The notes under the pieces: model-generated
Databases searched by the model: none
Seen by the model: the letters and a program-made list of their open reading frames with translations, nothing else
Told to the model about the DNA's origin: nothing
Assembly: GCA_918797485.1 (NCBI GenBank)
Contig: CAKKNE010000003.1
Coordinates: forward strand, 2,666,001-2,730,000
Direction of reading: 5' to 3'
Length of the DNA: 64,000 bases
Source of the DNA: Pelagomonas calceolata
Lineage: Eukaryota
Shown here: in pieces, positions 41,428 to 50,995 of the stretch
Layout: every line of letters starts with the position of its first letter
How positions within the stretch are numbered: position 1 is the first letter of the stretch
Made by a program: the position numbers and the translations under genes

Positions 41428-42216
41428 ATGAGGAGGGGGCCAGCATGGGCGCCCATCAACGCGCCCGAGGACGCCGTCTCGAGAGCGCGGGAAGAAAAAC
41501 AAATAAGAACCTTTTTTAGGAGAGTCAAGAAAGTAGGCCCGGTCACGGACACGTCCGCGCCGCGCGGCTACGGGCTGCCGCACTTCCAGCAAAACACGAA
41601 GGCGATTGAAGACAAGCTCAAGTGGCAGAACAAGATCAGCCACGAGAATCAAATTTTGATGAAGTCGATCGTGCACATCATGGAGAACGGGACTCCTCTG
41701 TCTCAGAAACCAGATATGGCTCGCGTAAGATTAAGAAGGAACATGGCCTACAACAAGGCTATCACGGACAAGATCAAGAAGGATGAATTAAGGAAGCACA
41801 ATAGATATTTCGCCGGTCGATTGCGGAAGACGCAAGCCACGCCATCTACGAGTCACGCGTCGCACGCGAAGTTCTACGAGGACCAGGCCTATTATCGGAG
41901 GAACATGGGTCGAGCGGTGCGCATGAAGCCCCTCGGCAAACGCGGAAGCACGGGCACCGTCGTTACTGGAGAGTCTTCTGTTCAGGATCAAGAGTACGCG
42001 GAGCTCCGAAAGATCGCGGATTCAGTAGACTTAACGAGGGAGACGCTGAAGACGCCCGGCCTCAAATTACTCACGGCGAAGCAAATTAGGGATGATACGG
42101 CGAAGGCGCACGGCTACGAGTTACTACCGGAGCACTCGCGGATGTTCCTGCCGATCGCGATGGCCTCGGCCCTCAAGGCGCCGAAGGGTGACTACGGCGA
42201 CCGCCTAAGAGAATAG
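41428..42216 (+). CDS. CFAP97/KIAA1430-like (hemingway domain) protein
   Basis: DTSAP...PH...KWQNKISHENQILMKSIVHIM...N..FAGRL pattern. Confidence 0.55.
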   Translation: MRRGPAWAPINAPEDAVSRAREEKQIRTFFRRVKKVGPVTDTSAPRGYGLPHFQQNTKAIEDKLKWQNKISHENQILMKSIVHIMENGTPLSQKPDMARVRLRRNMAYNKAITDKIKKDELRKHNRYFAGRLRKTQATPSTSHASHAKFYEDQAYYRRNMGRAVRMKPLGKRGSTGTVVTGESSVQDQEYAELRKIADSVDLTRETLKTPGLKLLTAKQIRDDTAKAHGYELLPEHSRMFLPIAMASALKAPKGDYGDRLRE

Positions 42217-42225
42217 TAAACACAC

Positions 42226-43269
42226 TTAGTAGTTATCCAAATCGTCGATGACCCGCTCCGTCAAGTCAATGACCTCGAACACGTCGTTCGACGGCAGTTT
42301 GTCTGTGGTGGTTGGGATGGAGTTCGTCACGTAGAACGTGTCAAACACGTCGCGGTCGCCGCCCCGGGCGAAGCGCTTCCAGGCCTCGCGCGGAAAGACG
42401 CCGTGCGCCACGAACGCACTGACAGACGCCGCGCCCAGATCTAAGAGTTTCGCGCCGCACTCGTACAACGTGCCGCCCGTCTGCACGAGGTCGTCGACGA
42501 TCACGACCTTCTTGTCGTTGACGTCGCCGTCCTGCACCGTTACTACGCGGTTGTCCCCATCTCGCACCTTCCCGCACACAATGATCTCGTACACATCCGA
42601 GTCGAACATGTGCTTGAAGCGCTTCGCGGCGCCGTCGTCGGGGAAGGCGACGGCGTCTATACCCGCGGCTTCCAGGCGAGGGATGAGACACGGTACGGTA
42701 GTATGTAATGAGGCAACCGTGTTGCCGTGCAGATAAAACCTGTTTTGTAAGGTGTGCAAGTCGTAGACGATTAACCGAGTCGGCCGGCCGCACGACGGTA
42801 GTGACGAGAATAGATGGGCGTAGGTCGCGGCCGTCGCGACCTCGCCCTCGGTCACGACGCGCTCCATCGTGCCCGTGGGGTAGAACGGTAACACGATCGT
42901 CAACGACTCGACAAAAGACATCAGTAACATGACCATGACCTGGAACTGGGAGAGCGTGACATCATTATCGTGGAACGAGGCAAGCATGAGAACGTGCTCG
43001 CCCGCAATTTCATTCTTCGGTTGGAACCCACCCACGACGATGCGGTCGGTCCCGTCGGGGAACTTGTCCCAGGACGTCTCGTGGTAGGTGAAGCGGGCCG
43101 GTTCGGACGCTTGTATTCTTTGGGCCATCGCTTCGCACGCGGGGCCGGCGATGATCTGGTACTGCTTGGGCTCGTGGGCTTGTCGCGTTACGAGTGTTGC
43201 GCGTCTTGGTGCGGGCCGCCGCAGCGCATCTGCCGTTCCCGCGAGCAGCAATAGCAGTCGTCGCACCAT
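42226..43269 (-). CDS. Ribose-phosphate pyrophosphokinase, class II (plant PRS3/4-like), with targeting peptide
   Basis: FPDG, LPFYPTGTMERV, YDLHTLQNRFY, FPDDGAAKRF and IVDDLVQTGGTL motifs. Confidence 0.92.
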   Translation of the reverse strand: MVRRLLLLLAGTADALRRPAPRRATLVTRQAHEPKQYQIIAGPACEAMAQRIQASEPARFTYHETSWDKFPDGTDRIVVGGFQPKNEIAGEHVLMLASFHDNDVTLSQFQVMVMLLMSFVESLTIVLPFYPTGTMERVVTEGEVATAATYAHLFSSLPSCGRPTRLIVYDLHTLQNRFYLHGNTVASLHTTVPCLIPRLEAAGIDAVAFPDDGAAKRFKHMFDSDVYEIIVCGKVRDGDNRVVTVQDGDVNDKKVVIVDDLVQTGGTLYECGAKLLDLGAASVSAFVAHGVFPREAWKRFARGGDRDVFDTFYVTNSIPTTTDKLPSNDVFEVIDLTERVIDDLDNY

Positions 43270-43664
43270 GGTGAGCAGCTGCAGGTGAGTGTGGCGATAT
43301 GCAAACCGGCTCTGCAGCGCTGCTATTTGTTAAAATGGCTGCGGGTGGTGTTTCGCACTGCTATTTATTGCTCTTGCCTGCTTGCGCTGCGACAGATGCT
43401 CCTGCAAGCACTTCCTTTTGCAGAGCAGCAGCTTGCTGCAGGCGAAACTAGTGTGTCTATGCTACTCGATGACCGCAAAAAACAACCGACCACGTCCCTC
43501 GCGAGCCCTAGCCGTGCGCACCGACGCGTCCTCGCGGAACCGACCGTGCCCGGCACCAGCCCGATGCCGAGGCTGCCCTGCCAACGCCGGCTCCTTTGGG
43601 GCCGTAAAAACCGCCCATTCCTGCGAGATAGTAAAATGCACCATACATAACGACACGAAGAACC

Positions 43665-45935
43665 ATGGACGCCTCCACGGCCACGCCGGGCAGCCCGCCG
43701 GACGATGCCAGCCTGTCCACCCTCTCGTCGAGACCGCGGCCGCGGCGCTACCGACGGAAGAAACACAGCATGGGCCGCGGCTTCGACGCCTTCCTCGCCT
43801 CCAAAGCCTCGAAGCTTGCAAGAAGGCGCCGCGACTCGTCCGTCCAGGATTGCGAAAAGTACACCGCCGAGGCCGCGCAACGAGGCTACGCGGCCGTGCG
43901 CGAAAGAAAGCGCCAGGACTTCATCATGGCCTGCGGCGACAAGGCGCCGCCCGAGCCCCTGACGGAGCTGGTGGCGATGCAGAATCCGGAAAAACCAGGG
44001 ACGTGGGTCTGGAGTCCTCAGTTGGCAGCTCTCCTGGAGCAGCAAGAAGATCATGCGCCGGTGCCGAAGCACCCCATCAACTTGCCGGAGTACATTGTCG
44101 ACTGCGAGGACTGGGAGTGGATCACGGCGATCGTGAGGTCGGTACTCTTACACAACATCGACCACTTCGCGCACACGTATTCGGCCATCGAGAAGGGCGA
44201 CAAGTACTTCATGGGCGGTCGCGCCGAAACTATTTTCAAGACCGCCGTGACCGTGCGGCCGCCGAAGTTGTACGGTCCCGAAACTCTACCTACCTTACCG
44301 GAATCTGATAGTGAATCAAGTGAAGGGGAAAATATTTTCAGAGGGGACTTCGAGGACTTCATGATGGAGAAGAACCGCCCGACGCCCGGGCAACTCCTCA
44401 GGATGGCCGCAGCTAGGCGCAAGAAGCGCGAGCTGCCTTCTGCTGAAGATGCTGCTCGATTGCTCGAGTACGCCTTTGATCAAGGAGATAGAGAGAAGCT
44501 TCAGCTCGTGGAAGCGGAGTTCGAACACTTGACGAGAAGGGCGAAGACCAAGGCGAAGGCGCGTGATGATGTCGTCAAGGGTCCCTCACGAAGGGGCGAA
44601 CGCGACCTGCGGAATTTGTGGCACGGGAGCTGGGGCAAGGCCCTGGGGCGCGAGGCCGAGTTGAGGCGCCTCGAGAAGGTGCGCGAGAAGCGTAGGTTGG
44701 CGCTGAAGCCGGCCTGGCGGAGTTTGATCGAGCCCGAGCCCGAGAAGGTTCCTGAGAAGGTCTCATACAAACCGACGCGCGTCGAGAACCGCGTGGACCG
44801 TGCGCAACTACGGAGGAAGATGCGGGGCGCGGGGCAGCTCTTCTTCTTCCAGCGGCGCGTCGAGCGAGACGCCAAGGCCAAGATCTCGGATGAAGTATTG
44901 GCGCGTAGGGCGGCCCGCGAGGCCGCGCAGCAATTACGGGAGGGTGCAGTCGTTCGCGCATTAATGGCCTTCGACGCGGAGCGCCTCAAGGTCTTCGAGC
45001 AGCTGAAGGTGGTAAGGGCGGTCTGCGCCGATCCGGAATCGCTGAACAGCCAAAAGCGCGACGCGATGCAAGACTTAATTGAAGCGCTCGGCCCGCCCGA
45101 ACCGTTGCGAAGACCGCCCATCAAGGGCATGCAGCGGGCCACTATCGATGCGGTGGAAGCCATCGCGACGTGGCACGCGGGCGAGGTCGCCGCGCCCGTC
45201 GTGATCGAGGAAGAACCCGTGGAAGCCTCGGAGGCGCCGGCCCCCGCCGACAAACCCCAGACCATGGCCGAGAAACTCGCGGAAATCAAGAAAAGAGCCG
45301 CTGAAGCCGAGTACGCGGTCCGGAATCGCACGCCGCCGCCCACACCGCCGCCCGACCCGCCGCCCTTCCTCTGGAACGGCGTCGATTTCTTGCTATGTGT
45401 CCGGACGTCGATGGACTTCTTAGATCATTCACCCGAGTTCCGCGCTCATGTGGGAGACGACTTCCCCCTGCGCGACAACCCCTTCATGCTGCCCACGGGC
45501 ATAGATGGAGACGCCGACGACGAGGGCGCCTCCGACGGTGGCGAGGACCTGGCCTCCGACTCGGACGACGACGAGGCGGAGAAGAAGCGCAAGGAGAAGA
45601 AGCGGGAGCTGCGGGCGCGGGCGTCGTCGTGGCCGCGGTTAGGTGATTCGGAGCACCGCGATCGGGTGCACAAGTGCCGCGAGTACGTGTTGGCGCACGA
45701 GCGGCGCTACCGGGCGCGCGAGGAAGCCGAGAGGGTGGCGCTCGCGAACGCTCGAAAAGTGAGAAACGAGGACGTCGCGCGGCGCAAGTTGTTTGCGCGG
45801 GCGAAGACGCACCCGTGGGAATTTCTCGACGCGAACGACCCCGACGGTACTAAGGCTGAGAGAAAGAGGCGGAACCGGCGCGTCGTGCGGAAGCCGGGCT
45901 CGGAGTCGCTGCCGGCGATCCGCGTGCGCTTGTGA
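43665..45935 (+). CDS. Hypothetical protein (756 aa)
   Basis: Long ORF with coding-like composition; no family recognised. Confidence 0.7.
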   Translation: MDASTATPGSPPDDASLSTLSSRPRPRRYRRKKHSMGRGFDAFLASKASKLARRRRDSSVQDCEKYTAEAAQRGYAAVRERKRQDFIMACGDKAPPEPLTELVAMQNPEKPGTWVWSPQLAALLEQQEDHAPVPKHPINLPEYIVDCEDWEWITAIVRSVLLHNIDHFAHTYSAIEKGDKYFMGGRAETIFKTAVTVRPPKLYGPETLPTLPESDSESSEGENIFRGDFEDFMMEKNRPTPGQLLRMAAARRKKRELPSAEDAARLLEYAFDQGDREKLQLVEAEFEHLTRRAKTKAKARDDVVKGPSRRGERDLRNLWHGSWGKALGREAELRRLEKVREKRRLALKPAWRSLIEPEPEKVPEKVSYKPTRVENRVDRAQLRRKMRGAGQLFFFQRRVERDAKAKISDEVLARRAAREAAQQLREGAVVRALMAFDAERLKVFEQLKVVRAVCADPESLNSQKRDAMQDLIEALGPPEPLRRPPIKGMQRATIDAVEAIATWHAGEVAAPVVIEEEPVEASEAPAPADKPQTMAEKLAEIKKRAAEAEYAVRNRTPPPTPPPDPPPFLWNGVDFLLCVRTSMDFLDHSPEFRAHVGDDFPLRDNPFMLPTGIDGDADDEGASDGGEDLASDSDDDEAEKKRKEKKRELRARASSWPRLGDSEHRDRVHKCREYVLAHERRYRAREEAERVALANARKVRNEDVARRKLFARAKTHPWEFLDANDPDGTKAERKRRNRRVVRKPGSESLPAIRVRL

Positions 45936-46004
45936 CCCTTGCCAGTCGACGGGATATGTTATAAGTTTAGCTTGTTTAACACACACTACGAAACCGAATC
46001 GCGG

Positions 46005-47216
46005 TCAGGTGGAGATCTCCGCGTATGGCCGCCGCCGCGTCTTGCCGCAGCAGCACTGCGGGCACAGCTGCCGGGCGACCCGATGCAGCGCCGGCGCCGC
46101 CATGGACAGCACCAACGCAGCCACGAACATGCCGACGACCGCGAGGCCGACGGCCGTCGTGTGCGCATCTAATGCCTCCGAGAGCGCCACGAGCGGCCCG
46201 GCGACGCGCGGCGGCAGGAACGGGGCCACGAGCCCCAAGCCAACGATGCTCCCAATCGCGAGCGACGCCGCGGCCGACGCCGCCGTGAGTAAGGCACCAA
46301 ACAGTAAAGCGCCCGCGGCGTCGCCGTCGTTGCCCTTCGCGAAGGTGAAGAGCACCAGCAACCCGTCGCACGTGTCGACCAAGGCCATGCCCGACGTGAA
46401 TAAGGCGGGCAGGAGCATGACCAGGGGCGCGGGGACATCTTTCGGCCCCACCGCCGCTAAGGCAAGTAAACCAACTTCAGAGGCCGTCTCGAAGCCCAAC
46501 CCAAACAGCACGCCCACGAAGTACATCTTCCAGGCCGCGTCGACCGATGCCAAAAGCCGCTTGCAGCAGCCGCACCGCGCGAACAGCCCGCCCGTCACCT
46601 CAACCCTTACTTGCTCGCCCTCATCAATCAACTCGGCGTTGTGGTTGTGGTGGTGCTCGCGCTGTTGTTTGTTCGCGGCGCGGCGCCACGCTCGAAATTG
46701 CGGGCCCACGGTCGCGAGGTTGAACGCCCCGATCAGCGTCAAAGTAACGGACGAAAACACGGCGCTCACGACGGCGCCCGTGCTCGCGACGGCGTCGACG
46801 CGCGACCTGATGAGGGACGAGCCGGTGGCCACGATGCCGCACAGCAGCAAAACCATTGTGCTGTGGCCGAGGCTGAACCAGAGGCCGACCAGAGCAGCCG
46901 GTTTTCCGGAGTAGGCCAGCTTCCGCGCCACGTTGTCGATGGCGGCGATGTGGTCACAGTCGACGCCGTGTCTCAACCCAAAACCGAGCGCGAGGAGGCC
47001 CGGGGAGACTAGAGCTGGATAACGCCCCCCGATCGCGAGCAGCGACGCGACCAGGACGACGTTCGCCAGCACAATCACCACAAGAGTCCCGCGCACGGCG
47101 AGCGTCGCGCAGGGCGACGTGTTCATCGCGTGGGGCGTCGCGGGCGCGTCCGGCGTGCTGCCGTAGCCGCCGGTCTCGACGAGCTCCAGCGCGCGGGGCT
47201 TTGGGTCGGGCGCCAT
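46005..47216 (-). CDS. High-affinity nickel/cobalt transporter (NiCoT, HoxN/NixA family)
   Basis: GLRHGVDCDHIAAIDN, FSLGHST, LFGLGFETASE and GMALVDTCDG signatures. Confidence 0.93.
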   Translation of the reverse strand: MAPDPKPRALELVETGGYGSTPDAPATPHAMNTSPCATLAVRGTLVVIVLANVVLVASLLAIGGRYPALVSPGLLALGFGLRHGVDCDHIAAIDNVARKLAYSGKPAALVGLWFSLGHSTMVLLLCGIVATGSSLIRSRVDAVASTGAVVSAVFSSVTLTLIGAFNLATVGPQFRAWRRAANKQQREHHHNHNAELIDEGEQVRVEVTGGLFARCGCCKRLLASVDAAWKMYFVGVLFGLGFETASEVGLLALAAVGPKDVPAPLVMLLPALFTSGMALVDTCDGLLVLFTFAKGNDGDAAGALLFGALLTAASAAASLAIGSIVGLGLVAPFLPPRVAGPLVALSEALDAHTTAVGLAVVGMFVAALVLSMAAPALHRVARQLCPQCCCGKTRRRPYAEIST

Positions 47217-47654
47217 TCTCGGCGCGGGCCCGGGGCAGGAGGTGCTGCTAGGCCAGCCTGTGCGTTTGGCTACGGGGCGCCTTCTAACACAGCCGCGATA
47301 TTAGCAGGGGTTCTTGCACAGCAAAAGACGACGAATTCCGTTCCCGAGCTTTTGGCTCCCCGCAACCCAGTCTTTTTGTCCTGTGCGCGGTACTTGTCTC
47401 GATCGCCCGATGTCTCAGCCCTTCGATGCTTCCGCTGGCTTCGTCGGAGAGCTCGAAACGACACGAATCAAGAGCGGAGACGTACAGGTCACCTGTCGAT
47501 CAAAACGGGTTTCTCCCATTGCCAGCCTGGCGTCCTTTTGCTTTCAGCCGCTGCGTTCGGGCGTCTCATCGCTTGCAAAAAAGCGCTCGAACTCGCATTA
47601 CTCGTGCGCTGCTACTTGCGGAGCCATCAATCGCCGGCACAGGACACAGTCAGG

Positions 47655-48290
47655 ATGATGATGCCAGCAGCCCTACGCGTCGCAGCCCTCTGCGCGAGCG
47701 CGCATGCGTTGCAAATGACGGGCCGGCGGCGCTGCCTCCACGGCCTCGGCGGCGCAGCATTGATGAAGACGCTGGCGCCGCGCCGCGCGGGCGCCGAGGC
47801 GGCGCCGACGCCCGACGAACTTAAAAAACTCACGCTCGGCTACCAGCGCATGCAGACCCTTTTAAAAGATTGGCAGAAGATCACGGGCGGCTCCTGCGGC
47901 AACGCCCAGCTCTCGAAGGAGAAGGCCCAGGTCGTGGCCACGAACGGCGGCGCCTTGTGCGACGCGTCTCCTTTAGTGATTCAGGAGTACATTGGATACA
48001 AGTCGATCAACGACCCGCTCTACCGGAGCGAGAAGCTCATGGTCCGCGCCGCGCCCCTCCTCAAGAACCCCGACGACCTCGACCAGTACCTCGAGGCCGT
48101 GAATTTGTGGGGCCAGAAGATCCAGATGTCGTCGCTGAACGCCTACACATCGGCCTGGGGCGAGGCGAACCCGAACGGGTCGAAAGCGCAAGTCGCGGCC
48201 TACATGCAAGAAGCAAAATTCGACGTCGAGGAGTCCGCGGACCTGCTGAAGCGGATTTTGGTGATGCTTGGCTTGCCGCTTACTGCCTAA
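47655..48290 (+). CDS. Putative thylakoid-lumen protein
   Basis: Signal peptide (ASAHA-LQ), twin-Arg RRR, hydrophobic stretch and AGA cleavage site; mature part IQEYIGYKSINDPL...AYTSAWGEANP. Confidence 0.75.
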   Translation: MMMPAALRVAALCASAHALQMTGRRRCLHGLGGAALMKTLAPRRAGAEAAPTPDELKKLTLGYQRMQTLLKDWQKITGGSCGNAQLSKEKAQVVATNGGALCDASPLVIQEYIGYKSINDPLYRSEKLMVRAAPLLKNPDDLDQYLEAVNLWGQKIQMSSLNAYTSAWGEANPNGSKAQVAAYMQEAKFDVEESADLLKRILVMLGLPLTA

Positions 48291-48350
48291 ATCTAGTCTT
48301 GTGTATTTAGTTCTTTAACTTTCTACACAGTGAGTCACACAACCCGACGC

Positions 48351-48415
48351 GTGTTCGTGGGATCAGGTCCGCGCGCCAAGTAAGCGCGCGCACCGTCATA
48401 TATTCACGACGACAC
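48351..48415 (-). promoter_or_regulatory. SECIS-like element (eukaryotic type I geometry, non-canonical apical loop)
   Basis: Minus-strand RNA: GUGUCGUCGUG AAUAU AUGAC GGUGCGCGCGC UUACUUG GCGCGCGGACC UGAU CC CACGAACAC. It has the AUGA/GA quartet, an ~11-bp helix II and a helix I. Confidence 0.75.
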
Positions 48416-49048
48416 GAGTCGCACCCGGTACGGCCCGCGGACCTTTTTCACATCAACAACCGAACCCTTCTGAGTGACGACGACGCGGCCGCGCCCCACC
48501 AGGTCGCGCACCGCGGCGTGCGAGGCCGGCATCCACGACCGCCAATCACACGCCGCAGTAGCAAGCCGCCGCGGCGCCTCCGACGGTCAGCACGTCTTGC
48601 CCGCGCCGCGCGCCGCGAGGATCCGGAGCGTCTCCGTCGCGAGCTCGGTCTGAGTCGGCGCCTGGCGGGAGCGCTTCGCCGGCGGCGCCGCCTTGTCGTC
48701 AGCGCGCGAACGCTTGCCCGGCGCGGGCAGTTCGCGAAGCACACAATCGGCCGAGACCCGGCCGTCCGCGTCGAAGACGACTCCTTCGGATTCCAACAGC
48801 GCCCGCTTCCGCCGCACCGCAGGAGCGGCCGCGCCCCACTCGCCGCTGAAGCCGCCGAGGCGCCGGTCCGACGCGATCACTCGCTGTCAGGGCACTCTCG
48901 TCTCGGCGGGACAGTTCTTGCGCATCACAGCGCCGACGGACCGCGCACAGCCGCCCGCTACTGCAGCCACGGCTCCATACGTCGTCACCTTGCCCGCGGG
49001 CACGGCGCGCACGACAGCGTGCACCTTGGACTCGAAGGCTGTCGGCAT
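48404..49048 (-). CDS. Candidate selenoprotein: MGMT/ATL alkyltransferase domain plus DUF3253-like domain, 214 aa, Sec at residues 54 and 154
   Basis: Reading from ATG 49048 through TGA 48887-48889 and TGA 48587-48589 gives VPAGKVTTYG..ARSVG..RKN..VP*QRVI..LGGF..KRALLESEG, then RGAGKTC*PSE..DWR..M..VTQKG..VD..RGPYRVRL, ending at TGA 48404-48406. A SECIS-like hairpin follows. Confidence 0.85.
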
Positions 49049-49583
49049 CCTCTCACGTTGCTACGCGTCGACGACGCAAATGCGTCGCGGCTTTGAGAGA
49101 TGCCGACACTGCTGCTGCTCTGCAGCCTCTGCAGCCTGTGCAGGACTGTGCAATCGCGCCGCAAGGACACAGATGTCAAATGCACGCGCAGCGCAGCGAT
49201 GCAGTCGCCAACTGGCGGTACCGTGCCTTTTGGAACGGCAGTCAGAGGTTTGCCAGCTTTTTGCTGCCAGAGATGGCCTCCTTGTGACTCCAGGCACTGC
49301 GGTAGAGTGGCCCAAATGGATGCACGGCGCGAAACACAGCCGGTCCGAACGCCGGAAAGACTCCTCGCGCCGGAAAGCCGTTTTAAGTGTGTTTGCTACG
49401 CTAGGTGAGTTATTTTTTGGTAAACAGCCGGGCCCGAACCAGCCAAAAGCGCTGCAAGCAGTAGCCGGGCTTGCTGTGCTAACGCGTCGAAGCTACGGGC
49501 GGCCACAGGCCACACGGCTGCCGGAGCAACGCTTCGGACCAGGGGGACGCGAAACCTAAGGCCACAGCGCACCGCGCGGCGCG

Positions 49584-50948
49584 ATGGCCAGCATGGCGAA
49601 CTCGACGCTCATCGGCACCATGAACATGCTGGGCGACGCCTACAACCCCTTCGAGTTCCTGGCGGTCGACGACTCCAAGTTCATGGCCGTCTGCGAGTCC
49701 TTCGAGGCGCGCGCGCGGGCGGTCACGTGGGCGGACCTCGACGCCCAGGGCCTCAATGAACTTGTAGAGGCCTGCGGCGGCGCCGTCGCCGACCGCCTGA
49801 CGGCCATGCGGAGCAAGGAGGCCTGGGCGGCGATGGACGACAGCGCGTTGGAGGACGACAACAAATTCTTCGACCACCGCATGAATCTGATTGTCTTCGC
49901 GATGCGGCGCTTCGACCGCGACGCGGCGACGTGCGCGGACAAGGGCCCCCTAGTCTGGGAGCTCACGTCGAACAAAGAGTGGTGGCAGCTGTTGAAACGA
50001 TGCTGCGAGAAGGGCGACACGTACCGGAAGTCTCCCTCACTCCTCGCCTGGGATTTATTGTGCTGCGTCGTGGCGTCGGAAGACGCGTCGACCTTCGCCG
50101 AGACCTGCAAGGCGTCCTACCTCAACCCGGACAACACGGAGCGGCACGCGCAGATTTTTGTTGATGCCGCGCTCAACGTCGCGCGGGACGCGCGCATGGG
50201 CCGCTGCGTGCTGGGGTTGCAGGAGTTCCCCCAGGCCGGCACGCCGCGGGCCGCCGTCTTCGAGGCGGCGTTCAAGACGGCGGGCTTCGAGGTCGTGCGA
50301 GCCGTGCGGAGCTGCGCGCTCGTGCACAAGGGCTTTGGGAGTGGTGGCGCGGTCCTGGCCGACGGCGGCGATGCTTCCATAGGCGTCGACGCCGACGCGG
50401 TCATGAAGACCCTCACCCGTGATGCGAACGGCGAGCCGAAGTATGATAAGAAGACGATGGCGGCGTTCGAGGGCACTACCGCGGCCAAGGTCCTATCTGT
50501 GAGACTAGACGGCGTGGCCTACCACGCGCTGCATGCGAAGGAGCCGAAGACGCCCGAGGCCGCCGAGTTATTGGCCAAGTTCCTCGCGGCGCACGCCGCG
50601 GCCTGCGGCGCGGGACCCTTCGCGTGGCTCGTGGATACGAACCTCGCGAAGGAGTCGACGGACTCGGCCTTCCGGCGGGAAGTGGAAGCGAGCGGCCTCC
50701 AGGTGTCGGCGAGCGTGCCGACAACGTCCAAGCGGCGGTCGCGCCTCCACGGCCAGTGCTACGACGACAACAAGTGCCACAAGACCGTGGTCGCCGCGAA
50801 GGACAAGTTCGTGGTCACGGACGGCTCTTTGGAATTGCTGCCGACGGTGCCCGATTTAGCAGATGAGGCGCACCCCGTGACATTACCCCGCGAGACGTGG
50901 CCCGCGGACCACGCGCTCGTCGCGGCGGTGTTCGCGCCCTCGGCGTAG
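49584..50948 (+). CDS. Endonuclease/exonuclease/phosphatase (EEP) superfamily protein
   Basis: GTMN, LGLQE, ALHA, VDTN, KDK and PADH motifs in EEP order. Confidence 0.7.
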   Translation: MASMANSTLIGTMNMLGDAYNPFEFLAVDDSKFMAVCESFEARARAVTWADLDAQGLNELVEACGGAVADRLTAMRSKEAWAAMDDSALEDDNKFFDHRMNLIVFAMRRFDRDAATCADKGPLVWELTSNKEWWQLLKRCCEKGDTYRKSPSLLAWDLLCCVVASEDASTFAETCKASYLNPDNTERHAQIFVDAALNVARDARMGRCVLGLQEFPQAGTPRAAVFEAAFKTAGFEVVRAVRSCALVHKGFGSGGAVLADGGDASIGVDADAVMKTLTRDANGEPKYDKKTMAAFEGTTAAKVLSVRLDGVAYHALHAKEPKTPEAAELLAKFLAAHAAACGAGPFAWLVDTNLAKESTDSAFRREVEASGLQVSASVPTTSKRRSRLHGQCYDDNKCHKTVVAAKDKFVVTDGSLELLPTVPDLADEAHPVTLPRETWPADHALVAAVFAPSA

Positions 50949-50995
50949 ATTTTGACCCCACTCCTCCCGCTCGGTTGTAAAAGTTCGTGCTTCAC

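Noticed and set aside
14577..47216. CobW, flavodoxin-like and NiCoT genes as a metal-homeostasis cluster
   Set aside because: They are separated by many unrelated housekeeping genes over more than 30 kb.
48404..49048. Pseudogene or TGA=Trp alternative code explanation for the two internal stops
   Set aside because: Many neighbouring genes terminate at TGA, so the code is standard. The second TGA aligns with a Cys, not a Trp. There are no frameshifts, and a SECIS-like hairpin follows.
48448..49559. ORF-track calls 48448-48744(-), 48518-49096(+) and 48693-49559(+)
   Set aside because: Arg/Ala-rich shadow frames of the selenoprotein candidate with no motifs.
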